From Macrostomum hystrix (taxonomy: Eukaryota > Animalia > Platyhelminthes), in contig CATNEN010000033.1 in assembly GCA_950097015.1 (NCBI GenBank), forward strand, positions 1,426,001-1,490,000: a DNA stretch of 64,000 bases. The letters are read 5' to 3'. The notes below the pieces were generated by a model. The model did no database searches. It was given only the letters and a program-made list of their open reading frames with translations, and was not told the origin of the DNA. Position numbers and translations under genes: made by a program. Positions 50,702 through 63,557 of the stretch are shown one piece after another (the first letter of the stretch is position 1; each line of letters opens with the position of its first letter).

Positions 50702-52360
50702 CTACTTCTTGCTCGATGCAGCACTGCTTTCAGTCGGGTGAATGCCATTGAACACTGAGCCTATGTACACAATCGCGTAGCCTGAAGTTTTCGCCTTGGC
50801 CAGGCTGAGCCAGTAGCAGTCGGACATAAAGCTGAGCACATCGCCGGAGCCAAGACGCCGGGTCTGGTTGCGGTAGTCCGGCTGGCCGACCTCGGCGGGG
50901 CAGCACTCAGGCTTCAGCGCCAAGCTGACGGACACCTCGCCGTACAATGAGAAAGCAAAGGCAAGCCCGCGAACTGTCTCCAAGTCGCCCAGCGGTACGC
51001 TTTCATCGGCAGGCAGGCCGTCACCCAAGAAGATGAACTGCCTGGCGAACACGTCCTCGGCCAATTCCGGCACGTGGTTCGGCCGGCGTACGGCTTGCCG
51101 CAGCAGCCGAATGGCCGGCAGGTGGCCGAACAGCCAGGCGATGGCGCGGCCTGGCGGCGGGGACTTGGCAGCTGTGCCGTCGGTCTGTATTTTTATGAAC
51201 AGTGAGTCTTATAGAACGCGTTAGGGGAGTGATTGGCAGACAAGTCTGCAGCGTTTGCCTTTCGCACCAAGGTCCCTGAGCTCGATTCCAAATTCTGTTT
51301 AGGCGCATGCAGCCGCAGAAAAAAAGGCTAGGCGGCTTGTCATGCAATTCACGCACTTGAGGGTTAACCTCCAAGGCACAGTGAGAGTGTACACTGCCTG
51401 ACGATGATAAAGTCAGTGCGGATGTACACACCTGCGTACAGTATCAGCTGTGTGCGTGTGCTCCAAGGACTAAATTGAACTAACTACAACTAACTGCTAG
51501 CGGTCCTTGGTGTGCGCAGGCACCAGCGGAATAGGCAGAATTACTGAAATAACATGCCGAGCCCACAGCCCACTGGAAATGTAGTTATTTTCGACAGTTT
51601 GAACGCCCTGAAACTATTAAAAATGCCGCATTTGTACATGTTCCAAATGAAAACATTGAGACACCACGCCAATGCCTTTTCAACAACAACAAAGGCTTAC
51701 ACCATCAAGGAACAGACGCTCCACACTGCCCGCCGACTCGCCCGCAGCCGTCGCCTCAGGTGGCCACAGGAGGCTCAACCGGTTGGATCCGGCGGTCACC
51801 GCCTCCCAGTCAGTAGCGAGGATGTCACTGAGCTCTTGGAAGCTCAAATCCGGCTGGCTGTTGTTGGCGTAAGCGAATGGGGTCACCATGCGGCTGTAGA
51901 GACGCTCGAAGCCGTTGCGTATCGATTCGCCGGAGCGCGCCACCGCCACTTGCAGCTTGCCGCAGGGACAGCAGCGCAGCGGCCGTTTGTACAGCGGATT
52001 CGGCACGAGGCACTGCTCACGCTCCCTGGCTTGCAGCAGCTCGGACTTGTGCAGGCCCAGGCTGACAGTGGCCTGGCGCACCAGGTGGTTTAGCTGCAGC
52101 TCAGCCCTAGAGAATTCGTTGGAGTTCTGCATAAGCTGCCACAGAGCCGGGTACTGGCCGAATAGCAGGGTGCAACAGACGCTGGTCAGGGCGTACAAGA
52201 GGGCGGCCTTGGCTGCCAGCGAGGCCACACGGCGTACTCGACTGCGACTGCGCCGCCGAATTTCGTCAGCGAGATCTGACGCAGCCGTGTGGGAATCATT
52301 CAGTAGCAATCTGACGTGCTCAGATGCTAGAATTCTACTCACGGTATCTCCTGTGGACAT
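50702..52360 (-). CDS. C6orf89/BRAP-like type II membrane protein with a cupin-like C-terminus
   Basis: Exons ~52360-51800, ~51431-51355 and 51184-50702 (phase 0; middle exon tentative). TM after RRRSRSRVRR, CLVPNP...CCPC, FERL, and GE.S.SL.L.P.CC..L.SGDVL...W resemble recalled C6orf89 family features. Confidence 0.6.
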
Positions 52361-54365
52361 TTTCGTACGCTCTCACAGAAGACACAAAAACTCGAGGTTT
52401 ATTTTATAGATAAAATTCTAATCTGAGGTGGCTGGAGCCCGAAGTGAGCTAGTTCTCTATTGTTCCATTGCTCACCGGGCTCACTCCAGAGAGAAGCCTT
52501 CCTAGTGTGCTCAAACTTGCACAATAATAGCCACTGAGTGCCTGAGCTGAATGCATCACAAAAGAGTCTGGAGTGCACTGGCTGCAAATCCTAAACACAA
52601 AAAGCACGCGTGAACAAGCATGAGAGCATTGTTTGACTGATAGGCTGCATCATCATGGACCTCTATAGCTAGCAGCTGAACAGGAAGCTGACTATTTTAC
52701 TATTGGCTATTGCTTTAAATTCCACTAAAGACCAGTTGATTTTTCGTATTTACCTTAGATACACACAGTATTTGTAAATATAACCCAAGTAAACCCCCCT
52801 GATAAAAAATAGAAATTTTCTAATTTGGATAAAGGTTTGTAAGCACGAGTATATGCTACAGAGCTTTGATCAATCCAATAAACTGATAGAGTGCTGAGTC
52901 AGTAAAAATAATGTGTGTATATATAAAATTTTATCGACGAGTATTTGCAAAAGAGTCAGTCATGTTTATAACAGTTTAGGAATTGCCATATTTATAGTCA
53001 AATCGATTGACGATAAATCAAATTAAATATTTAGCAGGATAAAAAACAGCAAAAGTATATGGGACAGATGGAAGACAGAAGCGGAACAAGGTGGAATACG
53101 CGTTAAGGGATAATAACGGTACAGTTTGTGACGGAAATCAAGATGCTTTAGAAAGTGTAAAAATAACTCCAAAGGTGGAAGAGTTGACAGGCATTGCAAA
53201 AACAGAGCTAAAATATTGGAAAGGTTGCTGAAAGAAATAAAATAGACACGTTTATTATACTGTCGCGTGTTGATTAATTTTGCACACGAAGGAGGGGCAA
53301 GAATAAACAAAGACAAAAGACAAGGACTTTAATCAAATTAGATTGGAATACTTTTTAACAATAGAACAATTAAAATATTCAGAAATCGAACTTAAACACA
53401 AGCCTAGATGTGAAAATGTCCTACAAAATCGGTCTTGATTGCATTATCAATAATATCATGGATAGATTAAAAACAATAAATCATGATAGTCCGCGGCAGG
53501 GGTGACCTGCTACATGGCATGTTTGTTTGATCGACCGTGGATCGAAAATTTTTAATGAATAATTGCACAAAATAGGACTGCAGGTAGTAATCTAGCGACT
53601 GTTATAAGGAGGCGGTAAATCAGAAGGTTAGTGAATATAATTATCGGAAAAAATGTGCAGAAAAAAGAAAAGTATAAAAGCATTTCAACAAGAAATTGGT
53701 TCTTAAATCCATTTGTTTGTTTCTAGTTCGTTTGGATCTGGTTTGTTTCTAAATAATTGCCAATAATGAAAACTTGATATTATGACAAAATTAAGTAAAT
53801 ACAACACTGAATACGAATAAGAAAATGTCATAATAATTGTGCATTTTACTGTTTAAGTACTGAAACATACCAAACTGTTAGTTTGCATTATTGAGAACTC
53901 ACATCTCACAAAAAAGTTATTTTTTTCCTTCAAGTGACTTTGAATTAAGGGGCGTGTCTCAGTTCTTAAGAGGTCTCATCGTCTTTAAATAGAATCAATG
54001 TACGCACACGAATCTGTCAATAAGTCTTAAGCGGGGCGAAGAAGTGAGAGAGTAGGAACCGTGCCTGCTAGATTCTATTTTTAGAATCAATGTACACGCG
54101 CCAGCCAGTAAATCCCCCTTACGAGTACGAATAAGAGTAGGCTTTGGCTTCTATTTTTAGAAAAGTATAATAAGTGTGCATGTACGCTTGTATGTGCCTG
54201 TTTTGGATTTTGGAATCAGAAAGTAAATATATAACTGATAAGAATATACGAACCCAATGGACTCGTTCTGGTATAATCCACTCATATAAACAAAGAAAAT
54301 TAATAAAGCTACTATAGCTTAAAAAGCTACTGATTGCCAAGGTCGAGAAATCAAGACAAAAGGGT

Positions 54366-57300
54366 TTAGTCTGAATGCTTGTGAGTGCTAACTGTGCTAT
54401 TTTTACAATTGTTATTGTTATTGTTGCCAACTGTCTTCTTGGATTCTTGGTCATCAAATTCGCGAGTGTCTTCAAGCTCGCGTTGATTTCCGGTGGCCAC
54501 TCGAATCAGCAGCAGAATGATAAACTGTAAAAATATTTACAATTAAAAAATACTAAACCAAAATTGCACATGAGAAATGATGTTTTGAAATAGGGCTTCA
54601 ATTTTCCGGGAAAAGTTTCGGATTTAGGAGGGTTTACGTTTCGGTGAGAATTGCCTTGTGAATGGTGTCAATGAGGCCTAGTGCAGTTCCTGAGGTTCAG
54701 TGGAATTCCTGAGGTTCAGTGGAATTCCTGAGGTTCAGTGGAATTCCTGAGGTTCGGTGGAATTCCCGAGGTTCAGTGGAATTCCTGAGGTTCGGTGGAA
54801 TTCCTGAGGTTCAGTGGAATTCCTGAGGTTCAGTGGAATTCCTGAGGTTCAGGTGGAATTCCTGAGGTTCAGTGGAATTCCTGAGGTTCGGTGGAATTCC
54901 TGAGGTTCAGTGGAATTCCTGAGGTTCGGTGGAATTCCCGAGGTTCAGTGGAATTCCTGAGGTTCAGTGGAATTCCTGAGGTTCAGTGGAATTCCTGAGG
55001 TACAGTGGAATTCCTGAGGTTCAGTGGAATTCCTGAGGTTCAGTGGAATTCCTGAGGTTCAGTGGAATTCCTGAGGTTCGGTAAAATTCCTGAGGTTCAG
55101 TGGAATTCCTGAGGTTCGGTGGAATTCCCGAGGTTCAGTGGAATTCCTGAGGTTCGGTGGAATTCCTGAGGTTCAGTGGAATTCCTGAGGTTCAGTGGAA
55201 TTCCTGAGGTTCGGTAAAATTCCTGAGGTTCAGTGGAATTCCTGAGGTTCAGTGGAATTCCTGAGGTTCGGTGGAATTCCCGAGGTTCAGTGGAATTCCT
55301 GAGGTTCGGTGGAATGGAGACTCACATAGAACCAGTAGATGTGCAGCAATTGTAGGGCCAGCAGCATGCAGTTAAAAAACAGCACAAGCTTGTGCTCGCT
55401 GTGCCTGTGATGAATGTACATACCCCAGGTGCTGGTGTACAACACCTTCGTCGGGTACCAGTAGAGACGGAACCAGGCCCTGCGAATGAAAAATATAAAT
55501 GAATTCAACCTTTGAAGCACTGCATTGAAGATTGGACCAAAAGTCAAGTCACAGAAGGGAGTGTCTTGACTCAACTAAGTCATCCTGTGGGTAAAGCATG
55601 CAAAAACTGATAAGAAAACCTTTGGAATTCATTTTTAGTTTTATTCAACAGTCAAGACTGCTGAGTTTATCTGAGGGTTTGACATAAAAAATGACACCAG
55701 ACACAGGCAATGTTTGTATGCGTGCAATATGCAATGCCTTACAGGCCTACCGAGTACCAGAGGACCTGCAGCTTGAAACCACAACCTTGACCGATTTGAC
55801 CGATTTGAACCTTGACTTTAAGTTGAGCAATTAACTACAGCTCCACGCTTCCACTGCTCACTCACCAGCTCAGGCTGAATAAAACAAAGCCCACATTGGC
55901 CATCCATTCGTGTAGTAGCCACTCCCTTTTAGCGCGATCCTTCAGGTACACCTGCACTTTAGTGAATTCCAGCAGAATGTCGCTTAGATCGTGAAGAAGC
56001 AGCACTAGAGCTCCGATTTTGTAGTACCTGCAGTTTCAACGCGTGTGAGGGGTTTAGCAGCAGCGACTGGAACCAACTGTAACCAGATTGCTCCTAACCT
56101 TACTGAAGCCCTAACCCAAAAACCCGCGTCACACCGCGCCTAGCCTACAGGCAACCACCTCACACCATTCCTAACCCACAGACACCCACCTCACACCATT
56201 CCTAACCCACAGACATCCACCTCACACCATTCCTAACCCACAGACAACCACCTCACACCATTCCTAAACCACAGGCAACCACCTCACACCATTCCTAAAC
56301 CACAGGCAACCACCTCACACCATTCCTAACCCACAGACAACCACCTCACACCATTCCTAAACCACAGACACCCACCTCACACCATTCCTAACCCACAGAC
56401 ACCCATCTCACACCATTCCTAACCCACAGACACCCACCTCACACCATTCCTTACCCACAGACACCCACCTCACACCATTCCTAACCCAGAGGCACACATC
56501 TTAGCACCCGTTTTGACCAAATCGTTCCAGAATGTTGACTAAATGACAGCTTCAATCTTACCTGACTAAGAAGGAGAACTCTAAAAGAAAAATGGTGAGC
56601 CCGTGATGCAAAAGCATCATTATTGAGTCTTTGCGCCAAACGTCCATGTACAGTGTGCCAAAAATAGAATGCACATAGAATCCCAGCTGCAGCATGTACA
56701 TCCAGTAGATATCGCTGGGCACTGGCTGCTTCAGTTGGGCGTCTGCAAAATGCAGTTTCAAAAAATTCAAATCGACATTTCTTAGAAGCCAATTAGATTG
56801 ATTCGATCCCCTGCCGCATCGCTTTTCCAATGTTGTGGTTCAATTTCCTCGTGAGTCTTATTGATCTCACAATCTCATCTCAGTCTAAACTCCACATCTC
56901 TCCAATATATTATCTCTCCCTACGTCCCATCTGTGCGTCCCGCAACTGTCTCAATGCTTCAGACTTACCACCAAAAACGAAGTCCTTAAAAATGTCCAAC
57001 GGGTTCTGCAGAAATGTGTACCTGCCACTTAGCACTACAACATACAAGGACTGCATCCACAGACTGGAATAGGTTAGCAATTTCCACAGCGATTCTGGCC
57101 ACTTTGATCGGTGAGTTGAGGCCACTTGAAGTACATCAGCTAGTGGCTGAGGGAACAAAAGCAAATTCCAACAGTTGTATAGATTTATTAATGAGACACA
57201 TGATATGCAAAGTTCAAGGAATTTTCTCAAAGTGAAAAAAGAAACTTACAGCGAAGATGAGATTGGTAGACAGAAATCGCAGCACTGTGAAGATTAATGC

Positions 57301-57471
57301 AATTAGCAGCACAGTAAAGACATCGAGCAGCTTGATAGAAAAAATCATGCTTAATGCAAAGCTCATGTCAAATGGCTTGTCAGTAGTTAAACAGAGTTCA
57401 TTGAATGAAGTAAAAACTCTTTGGAAGAACTCAGAAACAGTTGGTTGCACATATTGCTGCTTGGAAAGCAT
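54366..57471 (-). CDS. CERS1: Ceramide synthase 1-like (TLC/Lag1 domain, no Hox domain), 6 exons, 351 aa
   Basis: Exons 57471-57250, 57146-56969, 56742-56562, 56027-55866, 55479-55326 and 54524-54366, all GT-AG with consistent phases. Motifs PESLWK, RKDSIMMLLHH, HDLSDILLEFTK, WFRLYWYPTKVLY and ELEDTREFD are CerS1-type. Confidence 0.93.
54689..55315. repeat. 19-bp intronic minisatellite (CCTGAGGTTCAGTGGAATT), ~33 copies
   Basis: Period of 19 (54689 and 54708); fills most of the last CERS1 intron. Confidence 0.96.
56150..56488. repeat. 31-bp intronic minisatellite (CACACCATTCCTAACCCACAGACACCCACCT), ~11 copies
   Basis: Period of 31 (56161 and 56192). Confidence 0.94.
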
Positions 57472-59102
57472 TCTTCAATTTGTTAGCAAGCCAAATCAAC
57501 AATACTCTGGAAATGTAAGATTTAACAACTCAATAACAAATGGAACTGTCCTAAGGATGTATTTGTTTGGAGGCAATGGACTCCATACATTTTGGTTCCA
57601 GTTTATACTTTTTGGTATAGCTTCTAGGATAGGGTGCCTTTTTGGTTCAATGCATTTTTCCCAGCGTAATATTTTGTTGTATTTCATATTTGTAAAACTA
57701 TATGTAGTAGTATAAGGTGTACTATGAAACCACATTTTCTGAGAACTGTGGCTTTTTTCTTTCTGCAGGTTGCACTGCTAAAGTCAAATGGCAAGCAGTG
57801 AAGCTATAATCAAATTATGGCAGGCCTTGAAGCTGGTGGTACTTCTCTCTGCTTACACCACTTACACATTTTCAATGTTGCCATAGCTGACAATGATCAC
57901 ATTGAAGACCCTCTTGTCCAGGACAAAATGATTGCTGGCAGACAAGACATTGATTACACAAATATAGTAAAATCAAATTTTCAATGTAAACTTATAGACT
58001 TATCTAATTAGGGGCCTACTGCTATCAAATCAAATATGAATATATGCAATGCAGCAAATTTTTCATATTGACCACATGGTATTGAAACAAAATCCCCACT
58101 CCAAGGGCTATACCAAAAAGCACTGACAGGTACCTAAATACATGGTACTAAAATGCACATGTACCTAAATGCATGGCACTGTAGCAACAGAGTCCAGTTT
58201 TTTGGTTAACATTTGTACACATTTTCACAAAGCATTTTTAAACAAAAAATACTTTTATTTATTATTTATAATGTATACTAATCTTTCATGTTTATTAGCT
58301 ACTATCCTCTTGTGACATGACATTCGTATGTTCTTAAGTGTTTTCCTTATAAATAATTTAAAAACCGCAACCTATCAAAAACATTGCAGTGGCATGAGCT
58401 GTTAAAAAATAGTCTGAACGAATTATAACTTCAGCAAGGATTTTAGTCACATAAAAAGAACTTCAAAAGAGATTGTCCTTGAATGCTGAAATTTACAGCA
58501 CTCTGCAACGCCCTATCTCTCCCTCCTTTTAACACAAGTGAACAACAGTTTCAAGGTATTTATTGGGTTATACACTGATACTGATAGTGATAGCTACAGG
58601 TTGCAGTCACATCTGAGTTTATTGTACAGTAAGGAAATATCCTCAAAGGTGGGAAGTAAAAACGGCACAAATATTACTAATTTCAATTTCATAAACAGTG
58701 TATCAGTCAGTTCTGAAATATTAGAGTGGAAACAAATCAATCAATAACTTGGGTCTCAGCAGTGTTCTACGAAAAGTTTTTATTAAATCGTTGCTTTATT
58801 CATAAACATAAAAACAAACGTAATAAATAATTTTGCGACGTTATTTGGTATTATTTGAGTGGTTTGCATTGTTTAATAAATAGAGTTTACATTGAAGTTG
58901 ATATCAAAGGATCCTATTACCGACATTTCAGTTTTTTTACTTTTGCACTGTAATTGAGATAATTTAAATTAATAATGTCAAGTCATTAATTTACAATACA
59001 CTTCGAAAGAAATCGATCTCACCTCACTCATTTAGCAGTTTAGACTTGTAAAGTAAAAAAATAATCGCTTCATTTATTTAGCTTTGAAATTCTTGTCGAG
59101 TT

Positions 59103-62100
59103 ATGGCCCTTGAAAGTGTTTGTGGAATGAGCTTTTATTCGAAGGATAAAGAACGACCTGATATTATAAAAGAGTTAGGTACAAAGTTTTCATCTATGCT
59201 TGAAATTCCTACAGATGCAAAGGTAAATGAACTTAATGGTGTGTTCGCCAGACGTATTATATATTCTTGTTTTATTAATTTTTATATTACATGGGATGCT
59301 TGACTTTGTTGTGCTTGTCTTTGTCTAATACCATATTTTTACAATGGATAGGGGGCCTAAATGTTAGGTTTTAGGGGCTCTATGTTCTTAAGGGGACATA
59401 ATATATATATTTGTAATTATTTATATATATATATATATATATTGTTAATAATATATTGCCCTTAAAGATATATCACCTGATAAGATCACAACATGTTATA
59501 TAATTCTACCCAGAATAATCTAAGCGTAACTTATAACTTGGCAATAGTGCACTTTCATTTGCAAAATTATTTTTCAGTTTAAATTTGAAAGTTCAAAACC
59601 AGAATATATGCTAATATATGCTTTAGTCTTAGTCTATGGTCGAAATCCTTAAGCGGGTGTGTGGGATGCTCTATTATTAATTTTTTCATTAAATCTGTGC
59701 CATGCCTTTTTTTGTGCCATGCTTGAATGCTACTTGAAACGCAAGTTGTCTGTGGAAAAAATAGTTTTAAAAAATAAAAAAGGGGAGTTTATGTGGTGCA
59801 AACAGGGCTTTCGGAAACATGCTTTTCTGGATTTGCCACTACTACAATGCCCAGTGACAAGCTCTGTGTCCGCCACTAGAACACAATGATGAGTTGGCAA
59901 GTTCGGCAACCAAAGAGCTAAAAATAGACACTGTGCTCTGGCACAATCATTAGAATTGTTCAAAGCATCCAGACTCCCAATGGTATACATGTACCCCGGA
60001 AAATTCCGGCATATAGAGGGGTCAGCATACCCCGTTGGCGTACAGCTTGGCCTACACCCGCCTTGGTGTATACCTATCTCTGGCCTAATGGCGTAACTTG
60101 GTGTATCACATTAATGGCGAAACATGGAGTAAGGCATTTACAGCATAACATTGACAGCGTAATATTTCTCAAAATTGCGCCACTCTGCAACCAACATCAC
60201 ATTAATTTTCAAAAGTGCAGTACTAACAATTGCTGAAATTTTTCTTTAAGCCTTTTATTTGTTATTTAAATATACAATATTTGAAAGACAAAAATCTTCT
60301 TTAGTAAATTACATTTTTACTGTCAACACTTTGTTTAATATTGTTAACCAACAGATGTCATTTTTTTCAAATCTTTTTTTGGTTGGTCAGTCGTAAACTT
60401 AATAGACTTTATAATTCCTTTATCTGATAGACGCGTGCGAACATAAAATATACAATAAAGTTAATGTAAGTCAGTGCAAATTTTGCTAGGCATACTTTCG
60501 TGAGCGATATTAATCTGCTGGCGTACATTGGCGTACAGGAGCTAGGGAATCAAATTTCATTCCCGCATACACCAGCACTTGATACTGACACTGGCAAAGA
60601 ATCAATTTTTGTTGTTGTTATTGTTTTCTGGTTTCAAAGTTTTAAATTTAAACGAAAAATAATTTCACCAACAAAAGTGCACTATTGCCTATAACTCTTA
60701 TAGTATTGTAGCCTAGTGGTTAGGGCGTCGGACTAACGACTTGAAGGTTGGGGGTTCGATTCCTGACTCCACTGAAACAATTTGTGTCCTTTAGCAAGAC
60801 ACTTAACTCTGCATTGCTTCAGTTCACCCAGCTGTTAAATGGGTACCAGCATCAGCTGGGATAATTGAAGGTGGGTGTGGCGTCCCCCCAGTCCATGGAC
60901 TGAACAGCTGTACACAGCCTTCAGATGCCCCATGCATTAGCTGTGGCTGTGCTGTCGGCTGCACATCTGACCCAATTTGGGCAATCAATTATTTGTAATC
61001 AATTATTATTATTATTATTATATTTAACATACATCTAATACTGTGGTGGTCAGCAAACATGTAACCAGCTAGGGCTAGCATAGCTGCACTCCTAACCCCT
61101 CTCTGTGGCTGCACCCCAAATAAATGTGGCCTCGCCGTGGAATCGAACTTAGGGACTGTGGTGCAAGAGGCAAACATGATAACCGCTCTCCCACTGACCC
61201 CCCTGTCTCTCTGCGGTTCAGCTTTAAGAGGGCTTTGCGTAGTCAGTGAGACAGACATGGGACTGCTGCCCTGGACTGCTTGCATCTGTCCAGGTGCTGT
61301 GCCTCTATCTAGTGCTTCCGCTTGAGGTTGGTCACAGTGACGGGGATAGGAGTGCCGGCTTCTGGCCCCGCCAGGGTGCTGGCTGCTCATGCTTTTGCTA
61401 GCTGGTCTGCCATCTCATTCCCTGGGAAGCCAGCATGACCTGGGATCCATTTGAGCTTGACCTCGTTGGCCCACGCAAGCTCATTTAGCTGCTGCAGTTG
61501 AGGGGAAGTTGTGCAAAGTTGCACACTCTTTTTGTACCTTTCAGTTGATATATAAGTATATGCACAATGCAGCCCACAATTTTTGCTGCCAATTCATCTC
61601 TTAAACAAAAGGCCTTCAACTTTAATGCTTATATCTGCTTGTATAATTATGGTATTAATGTCAATAAATTTAATTGATTTATAATTTTTTTTGGACTTAG
61701 TATATTGTTAAATGTTAATAAAATTATAATAAAATGTTTCAAACAAAAATAGTTTGTAATAAACCTCACTGTGTACTTTATATAAAAAATAAAAGTTTTA
61801 TAATTTTTGTTTGTGTGGATGAGCCAAAACAGTTCCCATTATATACTTTGGCAATAAACTACCATAAAGTTAAAAACAATTTAAGTCGTATAGCACAAGG
61901 TTAAGGTAATTTGAAGCCTATTCACATTGTTATCAAAGCATTCTAGATCAAATGATTGAATATTCTTTTTAATGACCATAAATTTAAACATTTAATTGCT
62001 AAACATTATAAAATCTAATGTGTTAACTTGCCTTTATTTATAATTTTTCAGAAATTTCTATGTGCTGTCAATTTTCTCCTCAATTTATCAAGTAGAGTTC

Positions 62101-63557
62101 ATTTTTATATCTAAATATAAATGATCAAGAATTTCTTCAGCTATCCTGCATTTCCTTTTTACTAGTATAGAAAAAATATAACTTGTACTAGTTTTTTATT
62201 ATTAAAGTTAAATAAAATGCTATCACTCAATAGATTTTATCATTTATCATAAAAAAATCTAAGTCAATGTTAAAGTTCTTAAATTAATTACATTTAGTTA
62301 CCTCTATGAATTTGCCTTATCATTTCAAACAATGCAGAAGGGTTTTAGCAGTTCTGCATCCCCTACCCACCCACCTAGGCCTGTGTACATCCAGTCAAGC
62401 ATGGAGTGCAGAGCAGCAATTTGCGCATTAATTTCAATCATGGCACTACCTGTCTGGCCTTCAAATACTCTGGCGGCATTGTGGTCTCCGTTGATAGCAG
62501 AGCCTCCGCTGGTGCCTACATCGCATCCGGTACTGTGAAGAAGGTCATCGAAATCAATCCGTTCCTGTTAGGCACAATGGCTGGCGGCGCGGCCGACTGT
62601 CAGTTCTGGCAGCGAGTGCTCAGTCAGGAGTGCCGACTGTACGAACTGCGGAACAAGGTCTGTGCACTGTGGCCTTATTTATGCTTTATTATTTCTCAGC
62701 TTTATTGGGATGGTGTGGCAGCAGTCTACGGACTGTTTGTATTTGTTTGTGTGGGAATGCTGTTGCCATTTGATTAAAAAAGATTCGGATGGATAGCTGT
62801 GATCAAGAGTTGAAGCTTAAAAAATTTTTTTCTCTTACATTTTCGGACCTATAAAAAACAACAATTAAGCGTTACATTTCTAACTATTAATAAACAGTTT
62901 TCTGTATTAGTCATAGTAATAACCCACACGTCGTTTTTTATGTATTAACGAGCTTCTAATTTAGAACTAAAATTAGTATATCGTTACATTTAAGAAGTAA
63001 GATTTTGATAACTCAAAGCACTCGATCAGTATTGGCAGCAGCAATAGCACTTTGATGAAAATATTCAATATTTTTAACGATTAACGATTACTTCTAACCG
63101 ACTTTAATTAACGAAATAAAAAATTTCTAACGATGCCATCCGCTGCCAGGAGCGCATCAGCGTAGCGGCCGCCTCCAAGCTGCTGGCCAACATTCTGTAC
63201 AGCTACAAAGGCTACGGCCTCAGCATTGGCACTATGATTGTCGGCTGGGACAAGAAGGGCCCGGGCCTCTACTACGTGGACGATGACGGCACTCGCCACT
63301 CTGGCAACCTGTTCGCCGTCGGCTCCGGCTCCACCTACGCCTATGGCGTGCTGGACACTTGCTACCGCTGGGACATGACCGACGAGGAGGCCCTGGAACT
63401 GGGTCGGCGGGCTATTTATCACGCCACCTATCGCGACATTGGCAGCGGCAATAGCAACAATGTCTACCTGGTCAAGCCTGAGGGCTGGCGGTTTATTGGT
63501 AATTATGATACGGCTAATCTGCACTATCAGTACAACCCGGTAGCCGCTGTCAACTGA
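59103..63557 (+). CDS. PSMB5: Proteasome subunit beta type-5 (chymotrypsin-like), 3 exons, ~268-aa precursor
   Basis: Exon 59103-59222 (MALESVCG propeptide start), ~62379-62657 (HG|[34 protein letters not shown]) and 63150-63557 ([38 protein letters not shown]). Mature Thr1 is at 62445. Linking exon 1 is an inference from phase and propeptide similarity. Confidence 0.92.
60700..61020 (+). mobile_element. tRNA-derived CORE-type SINE, copy C (PSMB5 intron 1), with (ATT)n tail
   Basis: A box TAGCCTAGTGG, B box GGTTCGATTCC, the block TGTGTCCTTTAGCAAGACACTTAACTCTGCATTGCTTCAGTTCACCCAGCTGTTAAATGGG resembling the MIR CORE, and a tail ATTATTATTATT; homologous to copies A and B. Confidence 0.9.
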
